Shown here piece after piece: positions 39,765-54,110 of a stretch of DNA of 64,000 bases (positions within the stretch are counted from its first letter, which is position 1; each line of letters opens with the position of its first letter). The notes below the pieces were generated by a model. That model had not been told where the DNA came from. It was given only the letters and a program-made list of their open reading frames with translations, and searched no databases. The translations under genes were made by a program, and so were the position numbers. The DNA comes from Octopus vulgaris (lineage: Eukaryota): assembly GCA_951406725.2 (NCBI GenBank), contig OX597833.1:72974001-73038000 (forward strand), in the 5' to 3' direction.

Positions 39765-40716
39765 CATCATCATCATAATTTAACGTCCGTTTTCCATGCT
39801 GGCATGGGTTGGATGGTTTGACAGGAGCTGGCAAGGCTGGAGAGCTGCCTGGGCTCTGCTGGTCAGTTTTGGCATGGTTCCTTTGGCTGGATGACCTTCC
39901 TAACACCAACCACTTTATGCAGTGTTCTGGGTTTTTTTACTCAGCACCAACACAGCTGCTTTTTATGTGGCACCTGCCCCCATTAGTCCACAAGATTAGG
40001 ATCAGTCGACTGATGAGGGGCAATGGCTGTATGCAAGGGCAACCACGATTTTACTTAGCTTGACATGTCTTTTCAAGCACAGCAAACCACTGGGAGTCCT
40101 GATCCTTTGTCATCCCCTCTGTGAGTCACAACTTCTGAAGATCCTTTCTCCCCACTTTGTCCCACATCTTCCCGGGTCTGCTCCTTCCGCAATCAGAAAT
40201 TGGCACTACTTGATGCAACTGTCTTCATATGCATTGCATGGTCATACCAATGCAGTCTTCCCTATTGTACCCTACATCTGATACCTCGTGTACTCAGTTT
40301 TGGTCACAGATCACTCACATTCTGTCGTATATGCACAATGACGTTACCCATCCAGTGGAGCATACTGGCTTCATTCCTTTCAAGTCTTCACATATCCTCA
40401 GTAGTCACAGCCCATGTCTCACTGCCATGTAGCATAGCTGTTCGTACACAGGCATCATACAATCTGCCTTTCACTCTGAGTGAGAGGCCCTTTGTTACCA
40501 ACAAAGGTAATAGCTCTCTGAACTTTGCCCATCCCATTCTTCTTCTAACAGCTATGCTTTCAGAACAACTTCTACGACTGCTAGCTCACCTAAGTAATGG
40601 GGACTGTCTACTACTTCTAAGGGTTCCTCTGGACATTTGAGGGAGTCTATTTCCCATACATTCCTGGTGTTTAATGTACCTGCACATCTGCCACATGTAA
40701 AGACTACTTTCTCTGT
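39765..40716 (-). mobile_element. 5'-truncated RTE LINE
   Basis: 40400-40560 is near-identical to 33590-33750 and the reverse complement of 36840-37010; (CAT)n tail at ~39765. Confidence 0.85.
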
Positions 40717-40880
40717 TGGACACTAAACTCTGCTTGCGAAGACCTGTTTTTGGGGGGCAGTCAAGTAAGGGGTTGATGGTATCAGCTAACTCTTTTAAAA
40801 TTGTTGGCCTTAAATCCCTAAATAAGAAAGTAGGCAGTATATAAAGAATTAGCCCCTGTTGCTTTCCACCCCCCCTCTCT

Positions 40881-40911
<31 letters not shown>

Positions 40912-43900
40912 GTATGACATGATTTAGCAACATCACAAAACATTTGGGATTCTGGCAATGCTCCTGGACCTTTGTTCCAGACCATTAGTTATTTGATTGC
41001 CTTCTTTCTTAGTTGGAACAAAACAATTAAACAATTGTCTTTAGAGTAAGTAATAGTTTAGCCTGTGGAAAGCAGCCAATGGGGTTGTTTTGATGCCATT
41101 GAAATTTCCCACTTTTGGTAAAACAAAAGAATGGTTTTATCATTTTCCAGTTACTCATTTGTGCAGACGTTGAACAAGAGTGAGGCTAGGATTCTACTCT
41201 GGGTGTAGACTGTCTGAAGGTAGACCGTTTCATGATTTTCATTTTTCTCTTCAGCATTACATGCTTCAGTAAGAGATGTGGACAATCAACTGGTCATTTC
41301 AGACCGACACAACATTAAGAATGTTAACTGGTTGGTTTGCATTACTCAACCAATACCAAACAGGATAATGTTACTGGTTGAGTTACAAAACAAGATTAAA
41401 CAGAGTTGCACAAAGCAGTGTTGAATAGAAAATGTGTATACACTTGAACATGTGTAAACCTTTTGCTGCAGAAATAGTCTTGGAAGAAGTGTCTTCTCAT
41501 AGACAACATGTGAAGACACATTGGGCTTTGAAGGACATCAGATTGTGAGACCTCATCTTCAACCCTTGAACATTACTGCTTCAAGTCCTTCAAGACTCAG
41601 GATTGAGATCCCAGAGTTTCTCCGGAACAGTCTATTGCAGAGTGACTCGTTTACAGCTGGGTAGATTGGAGCAACATGAAACGAAGACATTTTTCTCATT
41701 CATTTAGGAATGAAAACTATGAGTTTTGTGATCACGAGTGCAACCCCTCACCACTCGGCCATTTGCCTTCATCCTCCCAGAGTTGCTAAAACAAAGTTCT
41801 AGTATATTTATTGGGGTCGATATAATCGTCTATACCATTCCTCAAATTAGACATTCCTGTGTGTGAAATCCGCATTTTCCAAGAATAAACCTGCTGCAAC
41901 GACTGTCTGGTGAAGATGACTGGTTTTGCATCAAACGTTTCTGCACTGCATTCCACACTGCAGGACATCTTGGAGAAACTCCAGCTTTGAGAGTGAAGTT
42001 AGGGAGAAAGAAACTGTTTAGAAACCCATTTGATGGACTGCACCAGTTTGTTTTGAGTTGTTGCCCAGTTTAACCCCCTTCACCTGTTCCTTGTCTGTTT
42101 TTAGCAAAATCCTTTTTTCCAAATTGCAACCAGGACCCAGTCTCCCCACTGTTGGTCCCAGCAACTATGTAAAAGGTCACAAGTACAAACAAACCTTCTG
42201 ATTAACCCATAGAAATAAAAATTCTCCTGTCTAAGGTAGCCTTTATGCAGTTACTATGCCTGCTAGAAATAACAGTCAAATCTTATATCACTGCCAGACC
42301 TTAGATATGTTTGATAAGGATTGAACTGGGACAATAACAACTCATTGGTCCCAATGATGCTCATTTTATCAGCTGCCTTTTGGGAAGGAAGACAGTTGTC
42401 ACCTTCCCTGGCCATCTTTATGGCTTGGAAAATGGCTGAGTTAATTAATTAGACCATTTCCTTCCTAGGTTTTGAACTCTGAACAATGAGATATACAATA
42501 TCACTGTAGCCTTCTAGAAGCCTGATTGTCCAATGTGGACATTGGCTTCACTGTCAGCTTACAGATATCTTGTTACAGTTACATATTGCTATCTGCAGAA
42601 TGAAATGTCATGCGTGTAACCATAGTTACAACAATGAGAGAGAGAGAGAGTGTGTTTGTCTTTATCTACTGAGGTTATTAAAACACAGTAGCCGTGTTTT
42701 TAATAAAGCAAAGTAGATAAAAGCAACATTTGAATGTTTTTTTTTGATGATTTGTTGATTTTATTTTATTTTTTTTCTTTTAGATATTTTTCTTTGCTAC
42801 CCTGGCTTATGAAACCTGTTTTTTTTTTTTCCTTTTTATTTACGATTCTCTCAGAAGATTATTTCAATATTCTAAGGAGATAAATGAGATGCTATTCAAG
42901 ATCATAAGCACAATTTTGAGATAGAAAACTGGCTGAGTCACAGATGGTGGAAGGAAGGAGCTTGTGACCCTTTACAGGGTCTCTGTGTCATGGGGGAAAG
43001 AAGAAGGAGGAAGAAACTAAGACTTGTGGGTTGCTATACTAAAAGAATCGGACATGAGGTTATGGACTTTAAACCTCAAGCTGTAGAGGTTGTTTCAATG
43101 TTTACAACACACTGCACTCTGCTAAAAGAGCAAATCCAGAGTCACATGGTGATGTTAAACTGTGCCTCAGATTGACTCAACCGTTTAAGGGTAGATTTAG
43201 CATATTTCTGTCCTCCCATTTTCATGCACAATACTTGCATGGAACCAAAGTTGTGGTAGAAGACACTTGCTCAAGGTGCTGTTGTTCACATTCATTTTAC
43301 ATATCCACTCATTTATACTCAAGCAGCTTATGTTGCTCACACTGCGAAAACTGAACCATATTCTTGGAAGGTGTCGAAATTGTGATGATGTTTGGTTGGT
43401 AACTGATGAGGGAGTGATTGAGTATGTTGATGTCCATAGTATTTCTGTGTGGTCCTTTGTCGGCTCCTTGTACCACACTTTTTCTTAATATCATTATTTC
43501 TTACACATCTTCCAAGCTGGCATTGGCTAGATGGTTTAATGGGGTCCAATGCCTGCTTGAGAAAGGTCTCTACAGTTGGATGCCCTTAACACCAATCACT
43601 TTGCAGACTGTATGGTTTTTTTGCCATGGTACCAACACTGGTGTGATTGCCATATTAGCTCACAAGACTAAGATTCTCTTTCAAATGAGCAGAGTTACAG
43701 TAGAAAGATAAGGGCTGATGAAAAGGAACCAGGACAGTTTTCTTGTTGTAGAGGGGTTAAATGGCTACACACACATGAATGGTACTAAGGTGCCCAAGTG
43801 GACCCTTGTGGGGTCAGGGCACCTTAACACCATTCCATGACTCACAGCTCCAACTGATCCCCTAGATGTGAGTTGTTATGCAGCTCCCCCTGCTGGAATC

Positions 43901-44334
43901 GGATTTTCTCCCCTCTCTCACATATTTCCTTTATCACATGACAGAGGCAGTGGTTGGTCATGTTTTTTTTTCTTTATTTAAAAGTTTTATGTTTGTTTAT
44001 TTGTTGTGATTTGTTGACTCCAAACTGAGGGAGGAGGAGGAGGGTGTTTAGTATCTGGGGGGTTGGTGCGGTTGAATTGGATTTCATTTAGCATTTTTCC
44101 AATAGAAATTCTTATGTCACTTTTTCTGCGTCGTCGTTTTGCCGTAGGTCAACTGTGATGACAGACTTTTGACTTTGAACCCCTCCATCTTTTTATCAGG
44201 CAATATGCATCCAGGATCACACTATTCTAACCTGCACTTCCCGTTTTTAAAATGATAATTGGGTCTAATTTGAGATGGATTTGGCTTCTATTTTTAACAG
44301 ATAATATGAACTTGCTCTATTATTTTACACATTC

Positions 44335-44562
44335 GCTGAGAACATGCGTAAGGTCGCAAGGAATGAAGCCAGCATGCTCCGATGGATGTGTAATGTCAGT
44401 GTGCATACTCGACAGAGTGTTAGTACCCTGAGAGAAAAGTTGGACCTAAGAAGCATCAGATGTGGTGTGCAAGAGAGACGACTACGCTGGTATGGTCATG
44501 TGGTGAGAATGGATGAGGACAGCTGTGTGAAAAATGTGCCACACCCTAGCGATTAAGGGAAC
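44335..44562 (+). mobile_element. RTE LINE internal fragment
   Basis: RNEASMLRWMCNV...QERRLRWYGHVVRMDEDSCVK. Confidence 0.85.
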
Positions 44563-47500
44563 CATGATGTGTTAGTTGTGTGTGTGTGTGTGTGTGTTTG
44601 CAGGATTTGTTGGCTGACACCCTTGCCATTGCTGCCAGGTGTTGTTGTTGATGAACTCTGGTGAAAGGGTATCTGTGACTAACACTTTCACTTTTTGTAA
44701 AACTGCACAACTTAAATCACTTCAAAATACTCGCTGACAACGTCAGTCAGCTGGTTGTAAATTGAGAATAAACAAAGAATATCTTAAGTTTATTTGGTGA
44801 CCTCAAAAATTAGATTTAAATTATAGGAAGCAGACTAGACTGACACAGAAAAGTAGTTTACCTGCACACTGACACTGACCTAAAACAATCTCTCAAGAAA
44901 AGTGTGGGTGTGTTAACAGTTTGACTCAGTCCCACCTGACTTTAAATTTGTGGGTGTATAGGACAAACCCACCTCAGCAGATATCGGGTGAGATGGCTTC
45001 CTTGTACACTCCTACAAGTCATAAGGTACCGAGTCAAACTTTTACTATTAAATAATATAACTGCTACCAAATGTGTTGAGTACCACTTTGTGTGTGTGTG
45101 TGTGAGTTCTTGTTTCAGTCATTTGACTGTGGCCATGCTGGAGCACACATACTCACAGAGTAGCAGTTGTGTACACGGGTATTTTGACTGATTTACAACC
45201 ACAATAATAGTAGTAGTAGTAGTGGTTTGTTTACCAAAGTGTATTTACACTGATTTCGTTTAGCAATTTATCAAAATATTTCCAAAAACTGAAAATAGTT
45301 GCAGGCTGGTTGTGTGGAGATTGTAAGTTTGCTTCAGAGCCTTGTGGCTTCAGGTTCAGTGCCACTGCCTGACACTTTTGGTCCTAGGCCGAGTGAATTA
45401 AGAAAACGAAGGGATGGTCTTGTGCTAGGACACCTTTGATCAGAAGCCTTCGTGGTCAGGGTTAACCTGGGGCTAATCTAGTGTTGCCACTGTTGTGTAG
45501 TGTGAATTCAACTTTGAGCAAATCCATGATCAGAGGCATTCTTACCATGGCCATCCACTGCAATCTTTTGTTTCTTAAGATGGTTTCTATTTGCTGGTGA
45601 CTTGGCTGACCTTTCTAGTAAGATAAATGGCCATTCAGATGAGCCAATGCCTTGTGAGAGGATTTGGTAGATGGAAACTGATAGAAGCTTATCGCATGTG
45701 GGTGTGTGTGTCCTTGTCTCGACATTGCATGGTAGTTGTAAATGAATGTCACTGTCATACAAGCAGTGTTGTTCATTTCCTGTGAGAACAAGTCTGGCAA
45801 TGGGGAAATATTTCTTTACTCAGAAATAGGGTTAGGGTTGAAGTCAGGAAGGGTATCTGGTCATCGAAGATCTGCCTCTCAAATAAACCCTGTCCAACCC
45901 ATACAAGCATTGGAAAATGGATGTTAAAATAGATTGGACATAAAGAACAACTACAAGTGATCTTGGAGATTAGCTTCAACCTGACTGAAAACAATAAGGA
46001 AGCTTCTGCCTGGAAGTTCTTGGCTGCTGGCTACAAAATAATTGGTAAATTTCTGTTAAGAGTAGATGCTGGCATGGCAGTCAAGAAGTTTGCTTTGAAA
46101 GCACGTGGCTTTTGGTGCAATCCCACTGTGTGACACCTTGGTCAAGTGTTTACTTCTTTAGCCCTCAGTTGACCAATGCTTTGTTAGTGAATTAGGTAGA
46201 TGGAAATTGTGTGGAAGCCCATTGATATATTTGTACTCATTGAGAAACAGTTGGCAAAAGAGAAAGTGTTGGGCCGTGAGATTCTTGCAGTCCTGTTTCA
46301 ATCTCTTGTGTTGGTGCCATGATAAAACATACCCTGTCCCCTCTGTATAGAGAGAGCATCTTATCATAGAAGCGAAGCTAAATGACTTGTAGGAATAGCA
46401 GTCATAGGTGAAATTGTTTACCACAAATGATTCAGAACATGACAGCTCATTTGACCAACCATGCCAGCATAGAAAGTGGATGTAAAATGATTTCATATAT
46501 ATGGGTAAGATCCAAGGATCCAAGTGTGGAAAATTAGTAAGTTTGAAGCAGTCCATGGCAGGTATAGGAAATAAAAAGTGGACCGTGTGCATTCAGGAAC
46601 AATAACAATTAATTGGCATCAAAGGTTACACACTTTTTCCTAAATTGAAATTACGAGGAAATTCAATAAGCTGAAGATTTCTGTATAGCTCACAGTTGCT
46701 ATGGATGCAAATTGAGGGAGTGGAACAAGTAAATTCCAGGCTATATAGGTTTCCTAGCTCTCAGATCCTCTGAATTACTTAACAAGGGGTACACAGCTAA
46801 CTACTCAACAAGCCAAAGATACCTTAAATGAGGGTGACCTTTGGGAATCCCAAGTTAACACACCATAGATGTAATTTGAAATGAGTGAAGCTGGAAGAAA
46901 AAAGACAAAAACAAAACGTTTGAAGAAATAATTATGAAAAAGGAAAGGAAGATGTGAAATATTTGGGAATGGGAACCAAAGTTGTTGAGGACCAAGAAAA
47001 GAGAGGTGGAAGGGAGGGTGAGTTGGGGAGATATTTACTGAGAAGGAAAGGTTGTTATAAATATTAAGTGGGTGAGAATTTTGGGGGTCATTAAGCTAAG
47101 TCAATAGTGAACAAATGCATTGACATACCCCGTGCACAGAAGATGAAAAGGAAATGAAAGGGTCAAGAATAAAGGAAACAAAGAGGTTGAATATCTGGGA
47201 GTGGAGAAAGAGGATGGGGGTGGGGGAGGTAAGAATAGAAAATTGTAGTCTTTAAGGGGAAAATAATGGTTGTTAAGAATATTGAGCTGGGATGGGTAAT
47301 GTTGAGTACTAAGTGCTGGTAAAGTTGGTAGCTTGCTACTTCATGTCCACGCGGCACCCATGCATACACACATTCACTTCACACCTGTAGTATTAACACA
47401 AGTATGTACATACTCAGCTCTCTTTGCAAAAGAGAAAACATAAAAGGACCAGAAAGTTAAGGAAATAGCTCAAAGATGAAATTTTCTAAATACATAGAAG

Positions 47501-47587
47501 AAATTAGGGGGAATGCAAGGGGATAGGCTAAGGAATTATTGGGGAAGGCCCTTTCGTTTTGTGCCTAAAGAATGTGTGGCATAATTT

Positions 47588-47830
47588 CATCATCATCATC
47601 CTTTAACATCCGTTGTCCATGCTGGCATGGGTTGGACAGTTTGACAGGGGCTGGTAAGCTGGAAGGCTGCACCAGGCTCCAGTTGGATTTGGCATGGTTT
47701 TATACAGCTAGACGCCCTTCCTAATGCCAACCACTTTACAGAGTGTAACAGGTGCTTTTATGTGCCACCAGCACGGGTGCCATTTGCGTGACACTGGTAT
47801 CTGCTACAACTGTGATTTTGCTCAGCTTGA
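47588..47830 (-). mobile_element. RTE 3' tail fragment
   Basis: CATCATCATC...CCATGCTGGCATGGGTTGGAC...GCCCTTCCTAATGCCAACCAC. Confidence 0.75.
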
Positions 47831-48824
47831 TGGGCCTTTATGCATGACATAATGCCAAAGGTCTCGGTCATTGCCCCCGTGAGGCCCTTGGCTCGAAAGG
47901 AAGCTTATGTTTTCAATTAAGGATAAAGTCGGTTCGTTCTTTAACGCAGTTGCTGCATTGTGTAATAGATGAGACTTCTGCACAAGCATTGCTTTCATTT
48001 GGATTAAAACTTCATATTGTAATATTTACTTTCATTCTACAGTACATAGCTATTATACACAAAATGCTAGCCTCCAAATCCTGTTTTCTGATTGGATAAA
48101 AATGATCAAACTTTAGACCCCTGTAACATTTTTCTAAAATTTTTCTGGAATAAATGAAAAACAAAATTGGATTCAGCATGAAAAAGTACATCAATATACT
48201 AAATTTGAAAATTTTCAGCAACAGAAAAGATCTCTCTCTCTCTCTCTCTCTTTTTTTCAGTTTTTGCTTTTCTCAGTTTAAACTTTCCCCATCTATATTT
48301 ACTACACACTCTCTCACTCTCTGTAAATGTATATCACTTTTGCTCTGTGTGTGTATGAGAGAGAAAAGGAGAGTGTATGCAAATGTGTAAGGAATTTCAT
48401 TTGGGCAAGAGAGAGAGAAAGAGAGATTTGCAAAAGATAATGTAAAAGATAATTCATTTTAATAGCAGACTTTCCTGTTGCAGCAAGGAAGCTTTTCCTG
48501 CTTCTTCCTTCATAGCTTCAACCTCTCAATACCTGACATAAAGCTCCCCCCACCCCCGTCTCTACTATTGTTCCATTCAGTTGTGGAGGTTCTTTAGTTT
48601 TGTGAGCCACATAAATATCTCCCGAGTATTTGCACCCTGAAACGAGCGAAACAGTTGGCATTAATTAGCAAAGACATCCAGCTGTGCAAACCGTGCAAAT
48701 CAGGCATTGGAGCATGACGTCATCTGACTTTTCAAATCCTGTCAAACTGTCCAATCCAGGCCAACTTGGAGGTTAAATGAGGACGAACTTTGCATAGGTG
48801 TGTGTGTGTGTGTTTCTTTTTCCT

Positions 48825-49115
48825 ACTTGTTTCAGCCATTAGGTTGTGGCCATGCTGGGGCACTGCCATTAACAATGTAGCTGAATAAATTGACCCCAGT
48901 GCCTCTTTTTTCCTAAGGCTGGTATTTATTCTATCAGTCTCCTTTTAGAAAAGCACTAAGTTACAAGGACATAAACAAACCAACACCAGTTGTCAAGTGG
49001 TGATCGGGGACAAACACAAAGATGCATGCACACATTACAGGCTTCTTTCAGTTTTCATCCACCAACTCTACTGACAAGGCTTTGGTCAGCCCTGGGGCTA
49101 TACTAGAAGACACCA
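48825..49115 (-). mobile_element. CpG-decayed copy of the abundant SINE
   Basis: Reverse complement of the 19328-19745 family, with TG/CA at CpG positions. Confidence 0.75.
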
Positions 49116-52100
49116 TGCTCTTGTCTATATATATGGATGTATATGTGGTTATAAACATATAAATATCCATGCTTACACACACACACACACACACACACAT
49201 TCTCTCATGCTCATGCTTTCTATTCTGTTTATGAATACAATTTTACTATTTTTGCAAATCTAAAACAATAGTTTGAAGAACAAACCAACATTTATGGTTT
49301 AACCTTCACCATACAAACACCAATTCCGACTCGCTTTCTCTCTCTGACTTCTTTTGCTGTCATTGAATGAAGTCAGTGTTGTCCCCCCACTCCAACAAAG
49401 ACGATGGTGGACACAAGTACTTACAAGCGTTGGCCAAACAGGTCGATGACCAAGATACTTGTCTGTTACCAAGGAAACTCGATTGATTTTTGTTATTGTT
49501 GTTTTTCCTATAGATCTGTCGTTTTGCTAAACAAGAAACCAGAACTTGTTAATTATTTATTGCCATGTTTCAAATTGTAATTGAAACATTGAATAAAAGA
49601 AAAAAGTCTCTTGTTATCAAGACTTTCTGAACATGGTGAAACCATTTGGTATTTCTAACCAAATACCAACGAAAATGTGCTGAAATCAATCTTCTCAGTG
49701 CCATATTTCAGTTGGTACCACTGGCTCTTGGTACACGGTGAAGAACTTAGTAAAATTACTTTGTCCATTTTTTAAACTGGAACAAAATTCCAAATGAAAG
49801 TTTGATGGAAGGTTTTAGGTTCGATCATTTTATAACAGGAAATCGGTATTTTTCAGTTGCAGTGGAATTTTAGGCAGATTAGAATCAAGAGTTCAATTTG
49901 AAAATGAAGTCATCCTGAGGGCTTTTTAGTGTAATGAGTGATTCTCATTAGAATCGTTAGCGTTGTCAGACAAAATGCTTATTGGCATTTCTTTTGAGTC
50001 TTTATTCGGAGTTCATTTCTTGCCAAGGTCAATTTTCTCCTTTATCATTTCAGGGTCACTGAAAGTATCAGTCAAGTATTAGTGGGGTGGAGGTCGATGA
50101 AATTGACTACTCTTACCCTAAAATTACTGGCCTTGTGCCAAAATTTTTAAAAAAAAAAAAAAAAGGGTTTATTGGTATAATCCAATGTAAATTGATGTTT
50201 GGTGTCTTTTAAAAAAGCAACTACGAAAAATAGCTTGCATAGTTTTCATAAAGGGTCCAATTTAAATAGGGACACTTTCATGTAATATTGGCAGATGTTG
50301 TGGATCAGTAGCTTGTGGATTGAATAATTTAGTCTTGGAGGAAATGGGAATAGAATGAAAGTTGGTGATGGTCAGACAGCATAAACTGCAATATTTTGGC
50401 CAAATAATCAGGACGACCCAGAAGCTCTGTATCCACATCATGGGTGGGGCAGGGGCTTGGTGTACAGAAAATAGAAGTAGAAGAATATGGAGGGGGAAGA
50501 CAAAGGAGAACCCTGGGGGTGGGGAGGGGTAAGGCTGCAGTACTCAACCAGAGTAACAAAGAATAACGGCTGTGTTTGAGGATCTGTACCCCTCAGCCAT
50601 AAAAAAGGACATATTCCTTTATTCAATTAATTAAAAACCTGTTGTTTTGAATCATAAAACCAGAGACAGTCTCCAGTAGTTTGGTATTTAAGGGGCTTCA
50701 TGAGTCTATTCGATACATTTACTTCCCCATGGATAATATTTGACTCTCTCTGTTGCACTCATTGTCTACTGCGTCCCTCTATCATTGACCCCCTTTTTCT
50801 TTTGCTGGGTCTGGAGGTAGGGGTAGCACCCACAGCCTTTGCAGGATGAGATTGATGTGGTCGATGTTTGTCTTGAAATTTTGTGGGGATGGGCAGTGGT
50901 GGAATGGCATTCTGTGAAGGAGAAATCGGGTGTAGGGAGGGGGTGATGTTGGATTCAGCAAGAGTAAGAGAGGAGCAGAGATGAGTGGGAAGGGAATAGC
51001 TGGGAATTGGTGGAATCATCAGACAATATGCTTTACCGTATTTGGTCTGGCCCTTTTTGTTCTAAGTTCAAATCCCATCATTGCCAACTTGGTGTTTTAT
51101 CCTTCCAGATCAATAAAATCAATCACCCGTCGAGTCCTGGAATTTAATCTTTTTCTCCTTTCAGTTATTATGTCTTAGACATTTCACTGGGTCAATGACG
51201 GTGTCTTTGCTTGTGAGGGAGTGAACCCCTAAAAGGCATTAACCAAACACACTTTGGTGCATAGTGATACCAAGTGTTACTCACTTGTAAGGGGGGGGGG
51301 TTATATTAGTGTGTGTGTGTGTATGCACACTGATGGATTAATGGGAAGTGCCACAAATAGGCACCGACTGACAGCCGGGTAAACAGAAGCGACAACCAAC
51401 TTGACAGATTAATAGACAAAATAAACATCCAGACAGACAATCGCCTGAATACCGGGTAAATGGTTAAATAGATTCAGTGATGAGCTTCTATAAACAGATA
51501 AAGAGGGGTGGTGAAGGGGAGAGGGCTAAAGATAAGCAGATTTCCAAATCTGTGAATGGATGGAGGGTTAACCAGTTTGGCCGACCTGAAACACTAACAA
51601 ACACACGTGTGGAGAGGGAAAGTAATAATGGCTCGATTTAATAAGAGATCTTATTGAGCTGACACTCATTATTGTATGTGTGTGTTTAGCCACCATTTAC
51701 AGTAAGCTTTTTAGCTGTTTCCTATTCATAATGAACTGAAATCCCTAAATACTGAAATTATCTTTTCTTGGGACCAAATAGAAATCTGAAAGAAAATAAA
51801 CTAAACCAAAGACATTTCTTTCCTGTTGTTCTTTGATAGTTTCAACTCTTGTCTACCAAATCCACTCACAAGTTATTGGTCAACCTGGTGGCCATCATAC
51901 CCAGGGTGCTGTGCAGAGGGACTGAGCCCCAAAATCACATGGTTTAGAAGCAAAATTCTTAAAGGGAAATAGAATTTAATAACCTAATTCCAAGAGAGAA
52001 AGATTCTTACTGTTAAACTTGAGCAGCTTTGGCACAGAAATGGTAGCCAAAGCTCTCCCTCAAATCACACCCTATCTTAACATGGCAAATGACATATTAG

Positions 52101-52980
52101 ATGATGTGGTGTGGTCATGGCTGGACTACCTTTGATCATAAATCTAATGAGTGAGTGCTGACCTGTGGTCAAACAGCCACAACTTGTGTATAAGTCACAG
52201 TCATAAATAACAGCAACAAATCAACTTGAGAGCATTGTGTGTGTTTGTCTGGTTTTGTTCTCTACAACCTCCACCACCACCATGCTACCTGGCCCCTGCA
52301 GTGTGTGCAGCAGCTGTTGAAACATGCTTAGATAGAATTAGTCTCTACAGAGTCACTTGACCTGCTAGAAAAAAAAGAAAAAAATCTTCCTTGAATCACA
52401 TCAGACCATCTTGAAAATATTAAAAGAATAAACCCAGAAAAACTGGGTAAGTTTCTGTTGGCCAGTGCAGACCTCGGTCCCCTTTAGAAGGTCTTTGCAT
52501 TCAGTGCTGATCTGGGTCTAGTTCACAACATTACGTAAAAAATGCTAACGACAATCATATTGCTTAATTTATTCACATTTAGATATAAATAAATCATTGA
52601 GCTTTGAGGAAACAACAATTAACTGAAGAATTTTCAAAATATATTGCTTTCTCTCACTCTCTGCATTTTTATTATTTATCTGTAAATCTTCCAATCTGTA
52701 TGTCTCCATACATACACTCAATGAGATTACTTTATATAATGCTCAGATGCTCTACATGTTAAATATCTGCATACACTCTGTGTGGTATGTGTGGTGTGTG
52801 TGTGTATACATATATTTGTGTATGCACACATATGTCTTATAATATTCCTTTTGACTGGAGCTTTGTCCCTCTGTGAGATAAGTCAACCTTTTTGATGGAG
52901 AAGCTGTAAATAAATTTTCGTCCCAGTGAGAATGCATTTTATGATAAATTTGATTTGACTTTCAGCATTTAGTGTCTCCA

Positions 52981-53593
52981 TAGGGTCATCCCATAAATAA
53001 TGTAGGTTTTTCTTCCTATTGAATGGATTAAGTCTGTGGGGGACAGGATAAACTATCTGCATCAACTTGTTATAAAAGCAGGTAGTAATTTTAAGTTTGA
53101 TCCTATTCTTAGTGCAAGTTTTGAAGAGTGCAGTTCAATTTTAAGTTATTTTTTCAAAACTATAATGGAAGTGACAAAGGTGGTTATTTTGCTTTATGAG
53201 TTCAATAAAGGCAACAACGCAACAGAAAGTGTGAGGAATACTAATGCAGTATATGGGGGTCGGACAAAAAGTGTAAACCAGTGTCAACAGTGGTTCCAGA
53301 AATTCTGTGTCAGAAACTACAGCCAAGAAAGCAAGCCTGGAAGATCTGGAGAGCTCGATGAGGACATCCTGCAAACCCTGGTGGAACAAGATCCCATTGT
53401 AACTGTTGAGGAACTAGCAGAGAAGCAAATTGGGTCAGTGGGTTCCTCACAAACTTTCTCATTCTAATTGCAAGTCTACCAGATAGATGGAAGAGCATTG
53501 TAGAAAATGAAGAGGAGTATATTTTAGATTAAAAAAGACTTTTGAAAAATAAAGGAAGTATTAAAAATCTGCATTATTTATGGGATGACCCAA
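52981..53593 (+). mobile_element. Internally deleted mariner element (~610 bp) with both TIRs
   Basis: TIRs GGGTCATCCCATAAATAATG / CATTATTTATGGGATGACCC; HTH region LLYEFNKGNNATESVR...QWFQKF...TVEELAEK fused to the C-terminus LPDRWKSIVENEEEYILD*; catalytic domain missing. Confidence 0.9.
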
Positions 53594-53932
53594 TAATAAC
53601 CTTAATCACACACACACACACACCTGCACACACATATTTTCAAACATTTGCACACATTTTATTTCTTCTTAATGCTGTGAGTTGAGATTGCTGGCAACAC
53701 TTTCTGTCACTAATCTGAAGTCTGTGATTAGATTATTGCAAACTTGAAGAATGGTAACCTGCAGGAATCTCACTTCTACAATAAATAATTTGCATTCTTC
53801 AGCTGTAATTGCAAATTCAGACCTACTTATAAACATTATTTATATATCTGTCTGTCTGTTTTCTATTTATCAAATTTTTGTCTGTCTATCAAACTTACCT
53901 GCTATGACTCCTCCCAACTCTCTCCCCCTCTC

Positions 53933-53973
<41 letters not shown>

Positions 53974-54069
53974 TAAGAAAATGGAGAGGATATACAATTA
54001 TATCTAGTTATTAAATGATTGCACACACCTGTATGAGTGATACAAATGGAAAAGCTTAATAACTGCATA

Positions 54070-54110
<41 letters not shown>

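Noticed and set aside
41218-41260. Minus-strand CTGAAGA...GAAACGGTC motif
   Set aside because: Stems I and II are essentially unpaired; likely chance.
41255-41330. Possible plus-strand exon after a strong acceptor (TTTTTCTCTTCAG)
   Set aside because: Weak donor and no recognisable protein similarity; cannot be supported without RNA data.
51477-51592. C/D-box snoRNA-like GTGATGA...CTGA
   Set aside because: No terminal stem and no recognisable rRNA antisense element.
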